In this document: one piece after another, positions 57,951-64,000 of the stretch
How positions within the stretch are numbered: the first letter of the stretch is position 1
Layout: every line of letters starts with the position of its first letter
Assembly (NCBI RefSeq): GCF_009914755.1
Contig: NC_060926.1
Origin: the human T2T-CHM13v2.0 reference genome, Homo sapiens
Strand: one strand, 5' to 3'
Length of the DNA: 64,000 bases
Position numbers and translations under genes: made by a program
Notes under the pieces: generated by a model
Database searches by the model: none
The model's input: the letters and a program-made list of their open reading frames with translations, nothing else
What the model was told of the DNA's origin: nothing

Positions 57951-59719
57951 CATAGAAAAGGGACTGGAAGGAAAGAGGCATGACTCCCCAGCTCCAGGAC
58001 AGGATTGTGGTGCTCAGCCTGCATACCGAGACTGTGAGGTGTCCGAGGCATGGGCATGGATTTCCACGCAGTCCTCTGTGCATCCGTGTGCACTGGGGCA
58101 CAGTTTTGTCTGTGGTTATGTGAGAAAATGTCTTCATGTGTGGACATAGGTGTGAAAACATGTGCAGAGTATGCTCTGAGTGTGTGCACGTATTTCTTAT
58201 GTCCAAGTCTTCATGTTTGAGCAAAGCAATTAGCAAGTGATATGGACACTTCTCAGTCTGCACACCTTGACCGTAAAGGGGCCAGCAGCCATTGCCCCAA
58301 TAAAAAAGTGTTCAGTGCCCTCGGCCCTCAAGCTGGCCCTTGCCAAGGACACTGCTACACCCAAGCTGGGAGTCCAGCAGACATTATGGGATCACAAGTG
58401 GAGTAGGTCTAGCCCTGCGAGTTGTGATTAGACGTAATTTGAAATCTCAAGGGCCTAAAAGGAGACTGCAGATGCTTCCTAAGGCCCTGGAGGGCCTGGA
58501 TCCATGGGGCTGAGGACTGACCCTCGGCTCACTCCGACCCAGCCTGAGAACTGTCCACATGTGGCACCATAGAGGGAAGGCCCACCCGCCTACCCCAGTT
58601 TGAGGGGAGCCTGAGCTCTTTGCACAGGCCCACACACTTCTGGCCCATATCTTCCAGGCCTTTCTGTTCCCGTTCCCAGGAGGAGGCCGTGTGGTGTGGT
58701 GATTTTCCACTGAGGAGTGCCTGTGCTATTGCCATCTCCCCAGGGCCAGGCTGGCTCCACCTGCTGGCCTGGTTGGCGATAAGTGGGCCCCACCTGTTGC
58801 CCCTGCCCCAGGAGCAGGTGGGGGCAGGCCGCCGGGGGTGTGCCAGGATCCTATCTGGAGCACCCAGCCCAGATCATGGGGTGTGAAACTCCATAGACAC
58901 CCCAGCACCTTCCCCAGAGTCACCTGACCGGGAATCGAACCCTGTTCTCAGTCACCTGACCTGTCTTTTCCCTCCTCCAAGGACTCACCCTCCTGCAGCC
59001 AAGTCATCCTGTCCATCCCTCTGCCTCCAAGCTTGGCTGAGGTTCAACTCGGCACATGTTTGTTGAGCATCTACTCAGGCTCTCAGGAGCTCCCTCAGAG
59101 CCAGGCCCAGCCACACCGGGTCTGAGTCACCAGCAGCCCTCCTGAAAAACGAGTAAGGGATGACTTAGCCAGTTAATGGGGAAATACCCACAAAACCCAG
59201 CCAAGGGTGTGCAGACTCTCAAAAGGCAGGGGGAAACAAAGAGGGACAGAAGGAGCCGGAGGGCTTTTCTGTGAATAGGGAAGAGAGAACTCGGACATTC
59301 CTTCAATAGCAACTTTCGAACTCCCACTGCAGGCGGGCACATGCTAGATGCTGGCCACCAATGCCATCTTTGCCTCCTTGGAACTTATAGTCTAGTGGGG
59401 AAATGATATTAATCAAAGAAAAGTAAAGTTGCAATGGCATTAGGGGATTTAACCCAAAAGTTCATGGTGCCAGGAGAGCCCGCAGAGACAGTGCTTGCTC
59501 TGCTCCACACCTGGAGGGCAGCCTGCCTCCGCCCCACACCACAGGCCCATGGGCCTGGGTTTCCAGCACTGTGTTAGCATCGCCTTTCAGGCCCTCCAAT
59601 CTCCTAACGTCAGCACAAGCCTTGATCCAGAGTTGTCCGCATGCTGGGTGGTCCTCCCAGGCAGCGGGATGTTCCTGGTGCCCCCCACCCCATGCCCTTT
59701 TGTAGCATCAAAGGGCTTC

Positions 59720-60320
59720 CAGACATCCCCAATGTGAAAGACAAAATGCATGTTCTAACAAACCAGCCTTGAGCAGAGCAGCAGGTGTGGAATGGGGGCT
59801 CCACAGAGAGCAGGGGCATCTCCTGGAGAAAGTGATGTCTGCGAGAGAGCTGAGTTCACAAGCTATGGGGCAGAGCGAGGGTAGGGGCCAGACAGAGGGA
59901 ACGGTGAGTGCCAAGGGCCTGGCAGAGAGGCACATGGCATGAGCCAGGAAGTGCAAGGTGGCCAGGGTGCTACGGAGGGGCCTAGTGGGAGATGGGAGGC
60001 AGCGTGGGCCGGCCTTGGGGACAAAAGTCAAGTTCTTGTTCCTACCCTAAGGGTACTGGGGAACCATTGAAGGACTTTAAGCAGAGAGTGACATGATGAA
60101 CTCTACAACTTAACATCCCACTGGTTACCATGTGGGGAACCAATGGGAGTCCACCAGAGAGGAGCTAGCAGACTGTCGGGAGGCTCCACAGCAGCCCAGG
60201 CCTGGGGCCCTGACTCAGAGGGGCAGGTGGGCAGGAGTGGACAGAGTCGAGAGCCATGAAGGAGCAGCCTCCACGGGAGAGTGTGAGGAGGCGGGACACA
60301 GGGCATTGTCTATTTCAGAG
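59720..60320 (-). mobile_element. L2 fragment
   Basis: GAGTGCCAAGGGCCTGG, GGGGAACCATTGAAGGACTTTAAGCAG. Confidence 0.65.
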
Positions 60321-60449
60321 GGAGGAAAGGAGCACTTAAGAGTGGGTCACAGAGACAGAGCCCTCCATGGGGAGTTCAGCCCCAGAGCCTCTCACTCCAG
60401 GCGTCTGTCCTGTGGGCAGAGATTGTGGGGAACTTCAGGGACCACCTGA

Positions 60450-60815
60450 CCTGGGCTCCATTAACCCATTGGACGTCCAAGGAGAGAATGTAGGGGATTT
60501 GGGGATTGAATGCGGAGAAAATTACACCATTATTTTCACCAACGCCTAACTCAACTTTCTTTCAGTTATGTGTGGAGACAACAAACCACAAAAGTATGTA
60601 AAAGTACCTGTGACTTTGTTAGCAATCGAAATCAGATATTTTCATATCATTACAGTTGAGAAGACATCTTGAAATATCAAAAACGCTCATCCACATCTTG
60701 AAATATCAAAAACGCTCATCCCAATGCAGAAATTATTATACAAAAACTATTAGACCCGCTGCTAGATCTTGTGATGTAAATCACTAATGAGAAGCACATA
60801 TGTTGCCATAGCACA
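60450..60815. mobile_element. hAT-Charlie (Charlie4-like) DNA transposon fragment
   Basis: GTACCTGTGACTTTG, CAGATATTTTCATATC, TATTAGACCCGCTGCTAGATCTTG. Confidence 0.55.
60664..60721. repeat. Perfect 29-bp tandem duplication
   Basis: ACATCTTGAAATATCAAAAACGCTCATCC x2. Confidence 0.95.
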
Positions 60816-61250
60816 GACTTGAAGCTGAGTTGCCTCCACTTGGCTTTTCCACACGCCGCAAGCAGCCTCGATTTCACCCACCATTCTCATCAGGGAGGAA
60901 CAAGGCAGCTGGTCAACCCATGATGGCTAATAATTTGGTGATCTCAATAAACCGCTAAAATTTTGGCTTATCTATCTTTTATTCAGGAGAAATGGAAAGA
61001 AACAGGTTTTCAAACAATATAAATTACATATGTTTTTATGTTCAGAATAAGGAATTAACAAGTTGAAGTAATGTAATATATTTTTCCTTATTTGAAATTG
61101 TCTTCATTTTATAATCTTCCCACTTTTTATAACTGGCCACTTATAGCCACATCCTCTAACTTATATACACATCATTACTAAGGCTTATTTACAGCATATT
61201 TAAAAATTGTTTTATTCTGGTTCGTGGTCACTCACTGCCAACACCTCAAG

Positions 61251-61596
<346 letters not shown>

Positions 61597-64000
61597 TAAA
61601 CTGGATCTGTGTCTGAGAGTCATGTCAAAGACTCTAAGCTTTATATCACCCTTTCTCAAAAAGCAGAGCCGTATGCACCAGGTATTATTTGGTTGCAGGA
61701 TTTGGGTCGGTTGCAGCTTTGAGTCTGGGTCCCAGGTGAGAGGCGTGGCATATAATCGTGCCATGCAACATGTGCATCCTTATTGCAGAAGTACACAATC
61801 AAAATAGGTTGGCACAACGTTTTCTTTTTTTAATTCTACTCCAGGGCGTTGTCTACATCAGTGGGAGTGGAGCTTATTTGCATTTTGTCAGTTATAGCGA
61901 CGTGGTCACAGTGAAACCTGAGTTAGGTAGCATCCTATTTCCAGCTTGAACCGTTTGTGCCCACTACTGACTGGCTACCTGACAGATGCCCAGATTGCCT
62001 TTCTCTGAATTAGGTTCTACCTGCCGAGGGAAACTGGTTTTCAAAAACCCTCTTCATGGTGCCCTGAATCAGCCCCTGCACCCCCTATACTAAGAAGCCC
62101 GAGACCCACTAGGAATTTGATTGAAACAAGGCAAATCTGAACTAGCTGTTAGGGCATTGGTAAAGAGTGAGGATGGATTATTGTGGAGGCTCCAAATAGA
62201 CACGGTCTTCCTATAGCACGGATATGAAGTGGCCCAAGGTGTCTCTGCTACCCCACCTTCCCTTGAGGTTCTCCGGTCACCCTCTTCTCTGCTCCCACTT
62301 CCCCCAGCCCCCTACCCAGGGAAGAAACTATTTGCTGGTGCCATTTACAGTGATGGGTGCAGCAGTATCCTTTCAAGGAAATTCATCTGTGGTGAGGGGA
62401 TGTGCCCTGTCCGAAAGTGTGAATCACCTCTGCTGGAACTCTGGGCACTGTAACATGCAATCAGGGGCTCTTTGGAGAAGAGACGTCTGCATACACCTCG
62501 AGGAATACAGTCTGCCTGTCTGTAGGGTTGGCCCTCCCTCCAAGCCCTGATCCTTCTTGAGAAAGACTCTGGCTTCCTAACTTCCCACGATCTCTATCAG
62601 TAAGGTAGGTATCCTACGAGCGGCCCCTTGCCCTGTTCCCTGGGAGAGAGGACATGACCCAGGAAGTCTCCAAGTACAGGCTGTGCCTGGGGAAGAGGAG
62701 CCGGCCGGGGCTGAGGAACCAGAGGAGTTAGCGCAGGAAGGCTTCCTGGGGGAAGAGGGAGCAGCCCTGGGCCCCTCACCAGTACTGCCCCGAACATTCC
62801 ATAGGCATTCAGAAACTTCTGCAACCTGACCCTCCTGCCCACTCATACACATACCTTATGTTCCTGGCCCCTGAATGTAAGTTCATCCCATTCTGCTGGC
62901 TGCTTCCCTGTCCAGAACGCCTCCTACCCACCTCGCTTCTCTGATATTCTTGTGATAGCCTCCACGGAGCTGCTGCTGGGCACTCAACCCACTCAAGGCT
63001 TCTCCCACGGCCGCTCTCCAGACCTGGCTGTGCAGTTGTCCTCGAGACTGTTCTTCAGTGTCCATGCCTCCTCCTTCTCCTGTTACCCACAGTGCAAGGG
63101 GAATCAGACTTCTTGAAGGTCACAGCTTCCTTCCCTAGCTCAGAGAATTGGGGCAAAGAGTTGGAAATGGCGACCAGATGTGGGGACAGTAGTGACTGTA
63201 AATGGAAGAACTCCTGTGTCAGACAAGCCTGGGACTGCACCCTGGCTCCCTGTTTCCCAGCTGGGCCCTCTTGAAACAGCCTTTCCCTTCTCTGAGCCTC
63301 AGTCTTCTCATCCACAAAATAGGACTACCCGTATTTGAAAGTGTTTTGCAAACTGCAAAATACTGAATATCAGAATGGAGATCATTACTCAGAAATGGCT
63401 GGCCCCATGGATAGATAGACAAGTGAGTGAATTCCAGGCCAGGGCAGGGATTTGGGGCAGACGTGGGTTGCTGCCTGCCTTACCTGTGCATAAGACCAAC
63501 CCTGGGCAGGAGTTCCTATTTCTTCCCCTGAAATCCAGGAATTTGCCAAACAGGCAGCTCTCACCTGGAAAAAAAGTGACTCAGGCCTCCAAGAGAGCTG
63601 GGATGAATCAGGAAGGCAGGGACTGAATGTGGGGCCCCCACCCAGGGGCCTGGGCCTCTCCCAGCAGGAAGAACATGAGTTGGTCCCCAGCCCTCACTGG
63701 GTAAGAGGGCAATCCTGCCAAAATGCGCCCCTGGCCAGCCAATGGGGCACAATAATCATCACCACCACACTCACTCCCACATTCCAGACCTGTCGGGGCG
63801 CCTTCACGAGTGCTATCTTGTCATGCATAATCTCTGAACCCCAAGTCAGGGAGGCCCGGGTTCCAGCTCTGCTGCTCGTCCTCGGTGTGTGCCCAGGCAA
63901 TCACGTAGGCCTAGTTTCCTCCTCTGGTAAAGGGGGTGGTGGACTCAGTCGGCCCCAGCCGCTCCTCCTGACGTGGGTGTGGATGGGAGGCAGTGGCTGC

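Noticed and set aside
62597-63065. Protein-looking minus-strand ORFs (...GPLVGYLPY and MDTEEQ...)
   Set aside because: No recognisable homology, no good polypyrimidine acceptor and no consistent exon chain; expected by chance in GC-rich DNA

Overview
Primate genomic DNA, most likely human: it carries an AluYg6-lineage element and an L1PA2/3-type LINE-1. The window is intergenic or intronic. I found no credible host protein-coding exon, and nearly all ORF-track entries are chance frames or frames inside repeats. The left ~30 kb is AT-rich and dominated by old L1s, with LTRs, Alus, a 5'-truncated RPS20 retrocopy and a tRNA-Lys half. The right ~34 kb is visibly more GC-rich, with MIR/L2 remnants and unique sequence. 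It also holds one near-full-length L1 (46.7-53.0 kb, minus strand, intact ORF1) nested inside a MER82-like DNA transposon and itself interrupted by a young Alu. I see no evidence for a new protein-based system. The most interesting signals are unusual L1-mediated retroposition products: a polyadenylated MER41 LTR piece keeping tandem STAT/GAS sites, a TSD-flanked 1.1-kb L1 missing its ~5-kb interior, an RPS20 retrocopy that seems to keep an intron acceptor, a tailless tRNA half, and a reused endonuclease site. A dense nuclear-receptor half-site cluster with a consensus DR5 element also stands out. Repeat subfamily names come from recalled consensus sequences and need RepeatMasker/Dfam confirmation; the boundaries of old repeats are approximate.
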